The notes below the pieces were generated by a model that was given only the letters and a program-made list of their open reading frames with translations, was not told the origin of the DNA and searched no databases. The position numbers and the translations under genes are program-made. 64,000 nucleotides of DNA from Epiperipatus broadwayi. Taxonomy: Eukaryota > Animalia > Onychophora. This document shows positions 25,056-38,405 of this stretch, piece after piece. Each line of letters begins with the position of its first letter. The first letter of the stretch is position 1. Location of the stretch: positions 21,018,001-21,082,000 of the forward strand of contig JAQFVV010000004.1 of the NCBI GenBank assembly GCA_028023455.1. Direction: 5' to 3'.

Positions 25056-27512
25056 CAGGGATCAGCAAACTATGGCTTGCAAACTGTATGTGGCTCTTTG
25101 TATATATATATATATATATATATACAGTATGTGGCTCTTCAGTAATGTCTATATTTTTCCACAGGGCCTAATTGGAACACACATTTAAAAAAAAACATTG
25201 CAAATATGAAATAAAAAAAATCATAAGAGATAAACATAAAACCAGGACAAATCTGGGACATATAGACCCTCTACTTTGTAACAAAATTGAAAATAAAACT
25301 ATCAGTTTCAATTTATAAAATTTTTAAAAGATTTTATTAACATAATCATGATTTTATTTGTTTTATACCTCTAGCAAAATTCGTGATTAATAAGTGAGCA
25401 CATTGTTGCCCTTTAATGGATAAGACAATGTTTGCAATGGTAGAATGTGAAGATGTGTAATCTAGAAGAGGAAATGTATAATTATTTTTTGTGTAGTTAT
25501 GCAAACATGGATATAGCGTAAATAAAATACAATATTTAAAGTGTTTTTCAACATGACTATGAAGAAAAGAGTAAGAAAAATTTTAGATGAGCATTATGAT
25601 TTTAAAAACCGAATGCACTGAATCTTTCTCGTTTATCGTGAACTCAGGGGGCCTTCCAACCTGTCTTATTTGCCAAGAAACACTGGCACAAGACAAGAAG
25701 TCTAATTTGACAGTGACATTTCACAACAAAATATGCCACATTTGCCATAAAATAGCTTGTCAGTGACACGAGAAAAAGAGCAATTGAAGAACTTCAGAAA
25801 AATATTGAAAAATCAAGTTCTGTATTTGTTTATTGGAGTCAGTCTGCCAATAATGTTACAAATGCAAGCTTTGTAATAAGTCAGGAAATTGCTGAAGAAC
25901 TTTTTCATGATTTCAAAAATAAATCAGAGATTTTAAATAAAATTAAAAACATGCCATTATCTGCCAAAACAGTAGCAGATAGGACAGTTATAATGGCCTT
26001 AAATGTGGCCAACCATCAAGTTGATGACATTAAATTATCTTCAGTTTTTATCAATTGCAGTGGATGAGTCTTGCGACATTAAGGACACAGCCCAGATTTT
26101 TCCTTTACGTGCTACATATATATATATATATCATCTGATGGTCCAATAGAACTTATAGAATTATTGCCACTCAAGGGGCAAACGTGAGGAGAGGTCATAG
26201 CAAATGCTGTCATTGAATACATGGGGAAAAAACGTATCATACTTGATAAAATTGTGTCAGTTACAGCTGATGGTGCAAAAAGTATGATGAGATCTAAAAG
26301 GGATTTGTTTCAATTTTAAAAGAAAACTTTAATCATGAAGTGATTACTTTCCATTGTATATTACCAGAAAGCACTTTGTGTACAAACATTTTCAGAAGAA
26401 ATCAATAAAGTTATGGTCTTGATAATTAAGATTATTAAATTTATTGCAGCAAGAGGACTTCCCCATCAATAATTTAAAGAGTTATGAAATGGAGAGTGAG
26501 TATTCCGATCTCCAATATAACAGGGTTCAATGGCTTTCCAGAGGCAACATGTTAAAACGTTTTGCATTTTGTGTAAATGAAACCAAACTTTCTCAACAAC
26601 AAGGGCATTCAATATTTAGAATTAACAGATCAGTGATTGCAAAAATTGTATTTCATGGTGGATGTTACATCACAACTGAATCAGCTCAATCAAAATTACA
26701 AGGTAAGGGAAATACTGCTTTTTCAATGGTAGAAGAAATTATTTTGTTTGAAAGAAATTGTTTCTATTTGCTGAATATTTTCCCAAACTTATCTCAATAT
26801 TTTATGAATTTAGAAATGATGAAGCAACTCTAGCTTTTATTACGAATCTTCTTAATGCCAATATGAGTGAATTAAAATTTTTACTATTTAATATTGATGC
26901 AGGTAATTTTGAAGTACAATTGCTGGACTTGACAAGGAAAGATTTATAGAGCTCCAAATTTGTTTGTCTTGGTATTGAAATGGAAGAATTGGAAAAAGAA
27001 AAATATAGTCTGCTTTCACAGAATCTGCAGAGTGTTATAAAAAACCTACTGAAGGCAGATTATGATTTTTACTATTTGGAATAGTCTTCCAGATTTATAT
27101 CTTTAGTTGAAAAAATTTGCATTTGGTATTATCAGTATCTTTGGATCTACATGCTTATGTGAACAATCATTTTCTACCATGAATTTTATTGAATGTAAAT
27201 TGAGGAACCAAATTACTGATGCCAACTTGGAATCATGCCTTAAATTAAAAATTATTAGTTACCAACTGGACATACAGAAACTTTCTAAGGAAATGCAAGC
27301 TCATTGTTCTCACTGATTAAAACCAATGCTAGCAAAATTTTCTATGTGATTTAATCTACATTTAATAAAGTTGTAATTAATATTATTACTTGTTATAGTA
27401 TTTCTTTAAATTTTCCTTATTTGTAAAAATATATTCATGGCTTTCAAATAATTTTTAAATTGTTGCGAGTCTCATATTTGGCTTTTCTGTCTCAAAAGTT
27501 TGCAGACTTCTG
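25056..27512 (+). mobile_element. hAT (Charlie/SPIN-like) DNA transposon, defective
   Basis: TIRs CAGGGATCAGCAAACT / AGTTTGCAGACTTCTG (12/16 match). 8-bp flanks TTCTACAG / TTTTAAAG (6/8, central TA). Confidence 0.85.
25559..27316 (+). pseudogene. hAT transposase pseudogene (GTF2IRD2/SPIN-like)
   Basis: GLPTCLICQETLAQDKKSNL (BED-like), AVDESCDIKDTAQ, IVSVTADGAKSM, FHCI, YNRVQWLSRG and FGSTCLCEQSFSTM (dimerisation region). Stops, frameshifts and a (TA)n run at ~26115. Confidence 0.9.
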
Positions 27513-27593
27513 TTTTAAAGCATTATCATATGTAACATGTTTTGTAAAGTATATATTGATACATTATATGTAATAATATTTCAAGTATTAAAT

Positions 27594-28475
27594 CAGAAAT
27601 GGGGAACCTCTGGCCCTCGAAAGTTCTCAATACGACCCCCCAGACAATTTCAAAACATATATAAAGTGGTCCTGTATAAAATTTCTATTTAAATACATAT
27701 GTAGTTCAAATATTGAATTAAGTGTTAAGTAAAATGAAATATTTATTTTCTCAATTACATCCAACCCTTTATAATAGTTCTATTTCATTCTGTCAGAGAT
27801 GAAATATTACAACAAATTATCTATATTGGGTGGTCTACCTGACTACAGATGTAATAATCTATGACTCCAAAGGCATTTTGTTTTTGAAGTGATTTTCTCA
27901 GACTAACTCTATATTCGCAGAAATAAAATTAGGTTTTTTTTTTTGTTTTATTATTATTATTATATTGCTTTTTTTTATTTTTATGATGACCACATGAAAA
28001 GAAGTTTCATCAAGTGGCTAATATGTCTCATAAAAAGTCCAAAAAAAGTCAGAAAATTTTGTGAAGGCAAATTATATATATATTTTTTTAAAAAAGCAAA
28101 AACTTCGAAACCATTTTTTGAAGGAGAGTTTATAAGTGATTGCACCCTATCTGCTGTAGATTAATTTATCCAGAACATAAAAAGAAATTTGAGAATATAA
28201 ATATGTCAAATTGGGAAAATTATCATTAAATGTGTAACAGTCATTAATAATAATGATGTTACTTTAATTTATAAAAAAATTATAACCCTTATTTAAAAAG
28301 AGCAAGTTGGAATTGGCCGGCCAGCTAAAAAGATTGCTCACCCCTAATGATTAGAGGTAAAGTAATTAAATGTTTGATCAAATATAGCAAACTAATTTTT
28401 AAACTGATAATGGCCCACAAATGATATTATAAATATTCAGATGGCCCTTGGTAGGAAAAAGTTTCCTCACCCCTA
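27594..28475. mobile_element. hAT MITE with perfect 8-bp TSD
   Basis: Left end CAGAAATGGGGAACCT, right end AAGTTTCCTCACCCCTA. TSD TATTAAAT at 27586-27593 and 28476-28483. TGGCCC subterminal motifs. Confidence 0.85.
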
Positions 28476-29278
28476 TATTAAATAAATTATTTCCTTTTTA
28501 CAGTTAATTTTGCAAGTTTAAAAATTGTAAACCAATTGAAATGTTAAAATTATTTAATGGAATTTAAACAATAAAAAATTAAATATAAAAAGAAGAAATT
28601 TATTTAATATTGAATAAAATGCAATGTTAACAGAAATGAGATTATTGTTTAAATATTATAATAATGAAGATTTTTCAGTTAACAATTTTGTAATGTTATT
28701 AATAAAAGTTATTTTTCGCTCTCTTTTTTTATTGTTATGTTGAATTGTTATTCAACTTTGAATAGTATAATAAAAAGTTATATATATCTTTTTTTGAATG
28801 ATTTTAAAATCTGTAATTATATGTGTGCTTGTCAACTATAAATAGTGTTGTTTCTAATAATTGTATTTCTTTTTTTAAATAAACAAATTATGATTAATGA
28901 ATGTTAGAGTTTGGCCCAGTTGATAAAGGGAGTCCCTATCTCCATCTCTGAAAGCAGTTCTGTGAACTTTGTATTATCATAGTTCACAACACAGAATTTG
29001 GCTATTATATAATATTTTATATTTTAAATATTTGTTTTATAGAGAAACTGAAATGTATTCTGTAAAATTAATTATTTTGTTTAAATAAAACCACTATAAA
29101 TTAAGTCCATTTCATATCTTGTCATTTCTAAATGTGAAAATATATAAGTTGAAACTGCATGTTGTCTGATGCTGACTGTATATTTTAATACATTAAATAT
29201 TTTGATGAATTTATTACAGTGAAAATAATGGAAATTAAGAGATTATATCCCTGTAAACAACCAAATATAATTTAGTTT

Positions 29279-29469
29279 TTGATGTTGCTGAGAAACCATC
29301 AATTACTGACAGTTATGGGGCTAAGCAAGTTTCTCTAGTAACCTATAATAATTCTTTTCTCCATTTTGTTCTAATCAACTCAGTTTAAAATAGTTATTAT
29401 AAGTTACTAGAGAAAGTTGTTTAACTCGGGACTAACAATTAGTAATTGATGATTTTCTAGCAATATCAA
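29279..29469. repeat. Imperfect fold-back with ~75-bp arms
   Basis: 29279-29351 is inverted at 29394-29469 (catcaattact / agtaattgatg; tttctctagtaac.tataataa / ttattataagttactagagaaa). Confidence 0.7.
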
Positions 29470-29548
29470 CTAATAGAATAACCATAATAGATTGTAAAGA
29501 GTCTATTGATTATTACATTTTGGTGATGCTCTTTTAATATATATATAT

Positions 29549-31173
29549 TGTGCCAAGGCCAAATTGGCACATGTATATAAAATAATTTTGTCTAAAAAAA
29601 ATTATTAAAATAAAAATCCTTTTGTAAAAGAGTTTGAAATAAAAGTTGGAAAATAATTGATTAAAAGTGGGAAGGGGGAGTTTTGGTTAGAAAAGTTAAA
29701 CTAAAAGTTTTATAAAAGGAAGTAGAGTTTATTATTATGAGTCGAAATATAATTTAAAGTTTAAAAAATACAAATCTCTTTTCATACGAATTAAAGAAAA
29801 AATAATCTTAAAACTAGTTATATATGTGCGTATATATGTGCGATTGTAAATAAATAAAAATGTATGCGTAATAAATATTAAAATGAAATAAAAGAAGATT
29901 ATCATTAAAAACACAGCGATGGCTATTAATTAAAATTATATAAAACAACATGTTTGCATAGCTATTACTAATTAAACAATCTTCAAAAACACATCAAAGG
30001 ATTAGTTATCAAAGGACTTTCGACAACAGTTATTGCCGGAGGATATTACAAGGACAACATGTCGCAGGTATAAATAGACTTTTTTTTTATCGGACCAAAG
30101 TTTTGAGTCAGTTAAGTTCAGAGAGGACAATCATTCAGTCGAGTAATTGTTTCAGTTCAGATAACAATGCAGTTTATTAGGTATCCAGAAACAGAAATGC
30201 AGTGTTAAAAACCCACAGGAAATGTACGCCTCTCCACAGCCTGAAGTCCAATGAAAACAGCAAGATCTGCCCATGAGCTAATGTCAGCGTAACAACTTGG
30301 AAATCTCCATCAGTATCTAATTGTCTCCAATAATAATAATCGTGAATAATAAGGAAACTCATCAAGGAAACGTCCCAGCCGGCTGGAAATATTCTCACCT
30401 AAAGCAGTAACCAAAGAAAACGAAGTTCTACGTCCACATTCAAAATCCTAGGTAATAATATTTCATATTCTTATTTCTATAATAGCCATTGCATCGCATT
30501 AATTCGTAAAGCCTCCAGAGACAAGTAATTTGAACTCTATAAGCATGCATAAAATGAACTATTGATGTGCGTGTTTGTGAATGCTATATGATTTTATAAA
30601 CATCAAACATTATTTATGCTTTCTCATAAAATATATTATAGTCTGTTAATTTAAAATGTGTGTGTTGTATTAGATTCATAAAATGTTTAAAATTAATAAT
30701 GTTAATTAAAATATTTTGTCTTTAAACTAAAACTTTATTTGTCGGTCAATTCTTTTTATCAATTCTTTTAACCAACTGTTTTATCAATTCTTTCACCACT
30801 ACTTTTAATATTTTGTTATTGAATTAAAATTGGACTGAGCTAGTTTTAGGGATTATTTCGAGCGCTGGATTATGAGCCTACTGTCCGAATACGTTAGTCA
30901 TTGACTAGCTGGCGCCCGGGGTTTACTCCAAAACAAATAAAGTGTTTGGATAGTAGGGGTTTGAATCTATCAGCCGAGGTGGGCCACGATCTGATCGTGG
31001 GTATTGTTGCTAGTTAAAGCTATCGATAATATTTCCCACTTTGCTCGAATGTGCCGGTTCGTTCACGTAACATTTATAATTACATAGGATTATAAATGTG
31101 TTATAAAGAAGTTTGAAACCAGCCAAAACATTTGCAGGGTAAGTAAGTTCATCTACGGAGCGAACCCGGTACA
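29549..31173 (+). mobile_element. Solo-LTR-like element inserted in (AT)n
   Basis: Termini TGTGCC...GGTACA with ATAT on both sides. TATAAA at 30069 and TCAGTT (Inr-like) at 30108. PBS-like TGGCGCCCGGGG at ~30910. Confidence 0.5.
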
Positions 31174-31769
31174 ATATATATATATGAGTATGTATATTGA
31201 CAATGTCCATCTGTATATTTATATTAGAAATCAATATTTATATTTGAAATCAATATTTATATTAGTAAGCTATTTGACTTATAAAATGCAAACTAATTCT
31301 CTGGTTATATTATTTCATTATCAGTAGTTCCCAACAAAGTGCATTTCTACACAATTGTTGCAATTTATTTATAAAAATAATCAGGTGTGAATTCTGTATT
31401 GATAATATAAGCATAAAGCACATTTTAAAAATAAATCTTAAATGAACATTAGGTTAAAACAGAATATAGTAAAATTCATAATATGTAAATGGAGTTAAAA
31501 GATTCCATTTCTTGAAGTATCTACTATTTGTGTATTTAGAAGCATTTAATACTATATTTAATGTTTATATTATTAATATGCATGTATACATTGTAACCAA
31601 AAAGTCAGTTGACAGCGAATAGGCTCACATGGGAAGCCAAAAAAAACTGTAACCAAAAAGTCCTACCCCGGATTGTAATAGGCTAAAATTAAATGATACA
31701 ATACAAAGCTGTTACAATATAATCCGGTCATGGGCAGGGTAACTGCGAAGACCTATTGCAACATCACTT

Positions 31770-31889
31770 AAAGATATGTTAAGTTATTTAATATAAATTG
31801 TATGAATCTTTTATTAAATATGATTCTCCAAAGATATGTTAAGTTATTTAATATAAATTGTATGAATCTTTTATTAAATATGATTCTCC
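31770..31889 (+). repeat. Perfect 60-bp tandem duplication
   Basis: 31770-31829 is identical to 31830-31889. Confidence 0.95.
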
Positions 31890-33750
31890 TTAACACCTGG
31901 ATCTTAAAACTACATTCCCAAATCTTAATTTACAATTTTATTTACTTGAGACTCGATGGCCGACCATGGACAAGCTGGCATAATCTCTAAAACTGCTAAT
32001 CATTACATGGTGAATATGGGCCATTTAATAAGATAATAAATCTAATTAGCTTCATAACATGATTGGCTGCAGCTTAGATATACTCATGCTCAAAGTACAG
32101 AAATGTTATATAAGATAATGTTTTGCAATGGAAAGTAAGTAATATGAACTTTGAGTTCTTTCTTCATTAACTTAAATATCAAATCAAATTAATAGCAATG
32201 AAACTCTTAGTGGAATAGATAAAATACTTGTTATACTAATAGAGAATAGGTTCAATTGTTATACTGGCTAGCCCATTTATTATTAATTCAAGTATTAATG
32301 TCGTAAATATCAATAGAGGTAACAAAATCTAGATTATATTCCAGAATTGACAAAGCAAAGCGGAGGTGATGTAGAAGGTAAATGGGGATTTTATTATATC
32401 TTATACATCACGAATTACCCAAAACAAAAGCATTAAAGTATTCTCTGAATGTTTCAGTAGATCTTGCATTCATCATCAGGGACAATATGTGCTCTAATAT
32501 TTATTATCTATTTACTATGTTGGATTTCTGATTATGTGTGACAAATAGCAATGCACAGATAGGTTAAATTATAAATTAACATTAATTTATGACTTAATAA
32601 ACATTTAAATAGTAATTAGTTAACAATACTTATAAATTAAATAAATGATAAATAACATAAAATATCATCATATGTAATTGTTCTACATGATTAATGTACT
32701 TTAATTAATTAAATAAAAAATAAAATATCACCACATGCACTTAGTTCTGTACATGGATATATGCACTAGTTTGAGATAATACAATCTAAGATTTTATTAC
32801 AAAGGTATTGATTTAAGCCCTTATACGGACGAGAATAGATTCAAATACCCAGTCAATGGCACCTCCAATACATCGAAACCTATACTTCAAAATTATAATA
32901 ATACTGATAACAGTTGCTATTAATAAACCTATGAAAATTGACTATGATAAGATATGAAATCAAAGAGGGAATTTGAACTCCAATTCAGCTGGAATATCAT
33001 GTCATTGACCTATAATAAATTATGACAATAATTCACTTGAATGCCCGTTTATGGCTGATGACAGAACATGTGAGGCAAACATTAAGATGAGAGAAACAGT
33101 GTATGCATAATAATGCATGGAGACTCTGCTCAAACATACATTTTTATAACAAAGAGCAATGCTATACCTGTTGATGTACTCATCCACACAAAGGAATAAT
33201 GAATAGTAAGTACCCTGTGGATTTTCCAACCATCATCAGACCAACTAACATAATTGCAGAATGTTCAGCGGATTAACCACTAATGTTGAAACAAAATTAA
33301 AGGATATACAAAATAATGGTAATGATTATTTTGTGGATTAACCACTAGCACAGAATAATATAAAGAATATGGGGAAAATGGCAAACAATTATTCTGCAGA
33401 TTAGACCACCAGCACAGAAAAAGCCATATAACATTAAAATAGTATTAACATTTACTTCTCTAATAAAATAGAAATAAATTACCCTCATCAATCTGCTAAA
33501 TTGTAAGGGCATGTGCAGTTTTACAAGCATGAACTAAACTTAAAAGATGTAAGAAAACTTTATTAAGGAAACCATTGAGATAACGGCCAACCATAGACCA
33601 GATGGTATGAAAGAATATTACCTAATATTATAATCTGAATATAAACACAGAACCCTGGAAAGACGTACAGGATGAAGCCATGTAGTGATGATGCATTATA
33701 GATACATTGGATTAACCATTAAATCTTTACACAAGCGCTGATCCCTAAAT
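31890..33750 (+). pseudogene. Decayed, unidentified Cys-rich glycoprotein-like coding region
   Basis: LDGRPWTSWH and DNGQP*TRW repeats, a hydrophobic SGTICALIFIIYLLCWIS stretch, NGT/NTS/NNT sequons and a Cys-rich block. No family recognised. Confidence 0.35.
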
Positions 33751-34427
33751 TGACTCTTTAATCCCTATATCTAAGTGCACAAGTAATTATTTAATTCATA
33801 AAAGATTATATATACCATGAAGTTAACATACTTATAAGAGAATATAAAATACAAATTAAAACATAAAATACATATTCATTAAATTATTACACTGGATTCA
33901 AAGACATATTATTTAAATATGGACTATCAGTCAATAAATTAATAGCACATTTCTTAATACTTAATAACAAATATAAATTAAATATATTTTTTTATATAAC
34001 ATAGAATTTTAAAAGTTGATTGCATACTTTTTCATCTCCATTTATAAGGAATATTTATAAATTAGTTGATTTACGCGTAGGTTCTGAATAGTCGAGGTAT
34101 TTTAAAAAGGTAGGATATATATAATTTTAAAATTATCCTCAAAAGTTAATGAAATTGTATTACTTTATTTTAGGTGTGATTTAAAATTGAAATATTTTAC
34201 TACTTTTAATTAGTCTTCAAACTAAGAGTCGTTGCTCAAGCAAATAATTTCCCACAAGTGTTATAACAGCCAAAATAGTTTCCCAGTTATCTGTGATTTC
34301 GTTCCATAACTAGATTTTAATTTTAATAATAAAATAACTCACAATGTTGTTTCTAATATAAGTTCAAAGTGGGATTATAATTAGTTCTTTGTCGTTCAGA
34401 CACTGGCACACAAAAATATTAAAACAG

Positions 34428-34589
34428 TATTTCATTCTGCATATACGTAACACTACTATATGCATTAAAGTTCATGAAAGTAAAACTTTATTCAAGGTTA
34501 AATATAATATTTCATTCCGCACATACATAACACTATTATATGTATTAAAAGTTATGAAAGCAAACATTTTATCCAAGGTAAAAATATAG
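34428..34589 (+). repeat. 80-bp diverged tandem duplication
   Basis: tatttcattc(t/c)gca(t/c)atac.taacacta.tatatg.attaaa... starts at both 34428 and 34508. Confidence 0.85.
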
Positions 34590-35209
34590 TCTGTAAGCAA
34601 TATGAATTTTCAAGTAAACGGATCTTTAACACTGCTATTCCTGTTATTGCTGTTAACAAAAATTCCAATATATTTCAGTTGTAGACATTTGGAAGACTAT
34701 TAGTGGCTAGACTCACTGTTGGAAGACCTGAACAGACTTGTTAAGACTTAGCTATTCATTTTGCTATTAACTCTTGATAATATTACAATTTAAATTATTT
34801 AAGAAAAGTTTTAATTTAACTTCCTTCTTTGTCTTTAAATTTTCTCATTTTTTAAAGAGAAGCTTTTGTTTTCGTTATTTGCTTAACAGTAAAAAAAAAT
34901 ATTTTTTTTTTCTTTTTCCATCCTTGCTGTTACCAGCAATTCTTTAAAAAAAAATCTCTGAAAGTTCTAGTCTGTTTCTCCACCAATTAAATTTCTTCTT
35001 ATTATTTACATATCTGTTAAAAAAAAGAAAAAGAACAAAAAAATGTGTTTATCTTATATTTTATAAATTAATGCAAAAGAAATTAAATAAATTCTTTAAT
35101 TAAACCAAAACAATCCCTAGGGTTATTAAAGAGACAAACAAATAATAATTATTTGTTTTTATTTATTTTACTAAACTTGATGTAATAGACTGTTGGTTTT
35201 CACTTTCAG

Positions 35210-35296
35210 GTTAAGCACAGTTTATCTAACTTAGTATTTGCAGACAGAGCAAAACTAATAGATAAAGAAAAAGAAAAAAAATTATATAATAAGTAA
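35210..35296 (+). other. Exon-like segment, possibly the end of a kinesin motor domain
   Basis: Acceptor ttttcactttcAG, then VKHSLSNLVFADRAKLIDKEKEKKLYNK*, with a possible GTAAGG donor at 35293. Resembles kinesin EHTLNTLRYADRVK. No partner exons found. Confidence 0.35.
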
Positions 35297-35550
35297 GGCC
35301 CAAAAAAATGGAATTATATAATCTCATTGTTCAACTAATTTGGACATGTCAAGCATCCACAATGCTAGCCATGATAGTCGAAGTCATCTAGAAGAAGATA
35401 GAGAAATTTTAAATTAGTTCTTCAAAGTTTTATATTGTACCAAAATATAAGGTTACAATATATATTAATTCTAATATTCTCATTGATAAATGATGTATTC
35501 ATAGTATTATTTCCAGGAGCTTCCATGTAATAAAAATATAATAGCTAAAT

Positions 35551-35592
35551 AGCTGATGTTTCAGTACAATAAGAAGTATTTTTTCAGAGCTT
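35551..35592 (-). ncRNA. Degenerate hammerhead relic
   Basis: aagct-CTGAAAA-AATAC-ttcttatt-GTACT-GAAAC-ATC-agct. Three G>A changes would restore a canonical minimal HHR. Confidence 0.45.
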
Positions 35593-37789
35593 CTTTCTTA
35601 AATCATAATAATGTGTGTGGTGAGATTTAAAATCGTCATTTTTTTCTTTTATTTTCTCCTCATTCTCAAATTCTATTGGTTGAGAAGTTTTAAAAAATAT
35701 TTTATCTGCCAATAGCCTTTTCCAAATGATGTGTCATAATGGATAACACTTCTACTATGCTCTTGTCTTGCTATTCAACTTTAAGTCAGATTGAAAATAT
35801 TTTTGGGTACTAAACAAACTTAAGATTTTTTTTTTCAGATGGCTGGATCATACTAGCTAGCTATCCAATTATTAGTCATTAAATGGGTATCTAACTAATC
35901 TTAGGCAGAGGATAAAACAAAGATAGAAATACACTAAATATCCTGATATCCAGCATTTAGAAAACTTGATGAATAATGTTTTTTCTATTAATCAGGAGAG
36001 AAAAGGGAATTGTTAAAAAATTCTTTGGCTTAATAGGTATGCACGTGAAAGTGAGTTGTAGCAAAATTAAACTATTGATGAGATATTGTTAATATGAAAT
36101 ATAAATTTTTAACATATAAAACTCATTTTATTATTAGAGTTTTATAGATTATGATTAACAATGTCATTACAATAAAGTTAAAAATTGAACAGTTAAATGT
36201 TTATGCAATTATATTCTATAGCAAGAAATAGATAACAATAAGATAAAAGAAGATACTAGTTTATGAAATTAAAAGCAAAATTACTTATGATAAAAATTCA
36301 TTATATTAAAGAATTATGAAATGGTGTTGTTGAATAAGCATGTGAGCATTTATGGATTGATGTAAATGTGGGCTGAATAAAGGAAGCTTTATACTCTGCT
36401 GAAATTTAATGCAAGAAAAAATTAAATAAAAAAAATATTAAGATCAAGAAGCTAATAGAAGAGTTAGGAACTATTAATACATTAAGACAACAAAATAATG
36501 ATTATGTGGATTGTTTATTTGAAAAGGATGAATAGTATATTAAGAAAGAGCTTAGTTGATTTGATAATTAATATTGAAGTGGCAGCAAAAACTTTAGATG
36601 CTAAAATAAACATAATAGATTAAAAACAATTATTTAGTCCCTCATGAATTTCAATGTCTTTTATTTTCTAATCATAATCTCATTTTCTTTAAAAATAAAA
36701 CTATTTCAATGTTTTTCTATAATTTAAAATATCAGCCATTTTAATTAAGCTCAATGTCTATTTGGGATTTCCTTTGCTGCTACTATAACATTTCAAACAT
36801 GAAAATTGATCGATCCATTGATTAAGGAACTTTTTTTTATATTTGCCTATGCTAATTTCTACAGAAAGTTAGATAGAATTTATTATTAAATATAGAAAAC
36901 TTCAGGGCATTTTGTTCTCCTGCGATTTTTTAAAAAAAAATTCTGTTAAACAATTTTAAAAACAAAATTGAAATAAGTATTATATATGATTGTTTGAAAG
37001 TTACTTGTAACTATATGTATGATTGAAAATAATATAACTTGTACAAAAATTATATATATATGGCTGTTTTGTAGTAATATATTATTTGGATTATCATCTA
37101 GTTGAATTGTTAAATGTTTTTTAGAATTTTTAAAAAAATATTTTAGAAATGTTTTTTTATTTATACTTTTCAAAATTCATTCAGATTATGAAGGAATCTA
37201 ATGTTTCAAATTATATTCTTCTCTCTTCTTCAAATGTTGTTAGCCAGATCAGTATCAGCTAACATAGCAATTGAAATGATAATCTTTCGATTTGTGAATA
37301 CTGAATTTAAACTAATTTTCTAATCAACCTTGTTATCCTGTTAAAGGCAATTGTCAGTAGAAATTTTATATTTTCATCTGTGAGGGCATTCCTGATTTCT
37401 CCATTTTTTCCTTTTAAGGGTACATTTTATGAGTAATCTCCAAACATTATGGATTATACACTATGTTGACTTGTGATTTTACTGGCCTCTGTTATGTGAG
37501 TGATTCTTTAAATTTTTTTTTTTCCCTTTCTACCCAATATTCTTATGTTTTTCAATCATATGTACTATTTTATGAACTGGTATTTTAGATATATTTATCT
37601 TTTTCTATTTAATCATTATTTTTATTTCCTTTGATGTACATCTAGAGATATAATACACAATGTTTGAAACCTTCATTAACCTTATTACCCTTAAAAGGAA
37701 AAAATGAAAAAATAATGTAGACTATCATAGATAAATATATTAACACGTGAATGTGTAAGGATATATATTGATAAAACTAGCTGTCCTAC

Positions 37790-38216
37790 CAAAAAATGAA
37801 CTTACAATTATTAGAGAGGAAAAGACAGATGGTTCTAAAATAACAAATCATGCATGTACTAACAAACATATGTTAGATTGGGAAAACATAAGAATATTAT
37901 TAGGCAGAGAGAACAAAAAATTAAAAAAAAGAAAATTTAGAAAAAGCTACTCAAAGATAATATTTAGTAACTTCATATATCAGCCATTATAATGGGATAA
38001 TTCACACTGTTTGGAAACCACTTGTTAATCTTGTCTTTAAAAGGGGAGTAGGTGAAAAAATCTAGAAAATCTCATACATAAATGTTCACCTAACTGTTAT
38101 CTTTGACCAAGTAACTTGGTTAATTAGATTATCATCATAAATTCAATATTTGTGAATCTAAAGATCACTGACTCACTTCTGGTAGCTGTCACTGATCAGG
38201 CAAGCAACATCTGAAT
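37790..38216 (+). mobile_element. Penelope-like 3' remnant: GIY-YIG C-terminus followed by a decayed HHR
   Basis: SKITNHACTNKHMLDWENIRIL..RENKKLK matches the PLE endonuclease H..DW.N..IL..E pattern. Downstream, tgtca-CTGATCA-GGCaaGC-AAC-ATC-tga at 38187-38216. Confidence 0.6.
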
Positions 38217-38405
38217 AAGACATGAGATTAATGCCTAAAATAAAATTTTGTGGTTTATAGTAACCTGTGTGTTAATACAAACAATTGAATATATTTACAA
38301 AAGTATAAATAAAAAACATTTCAACTAGATAATTGAAACAGTCCAATATATAACTATAAATAAAATGTTTTAATCACAAACCTTCAGATAATTATATATA
38401 TATAT

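Noticed and set aside
32440-32485. CTGATGA...GAAAC on the - strand
   Set aside because: Stems I and II do not pair convincingly.
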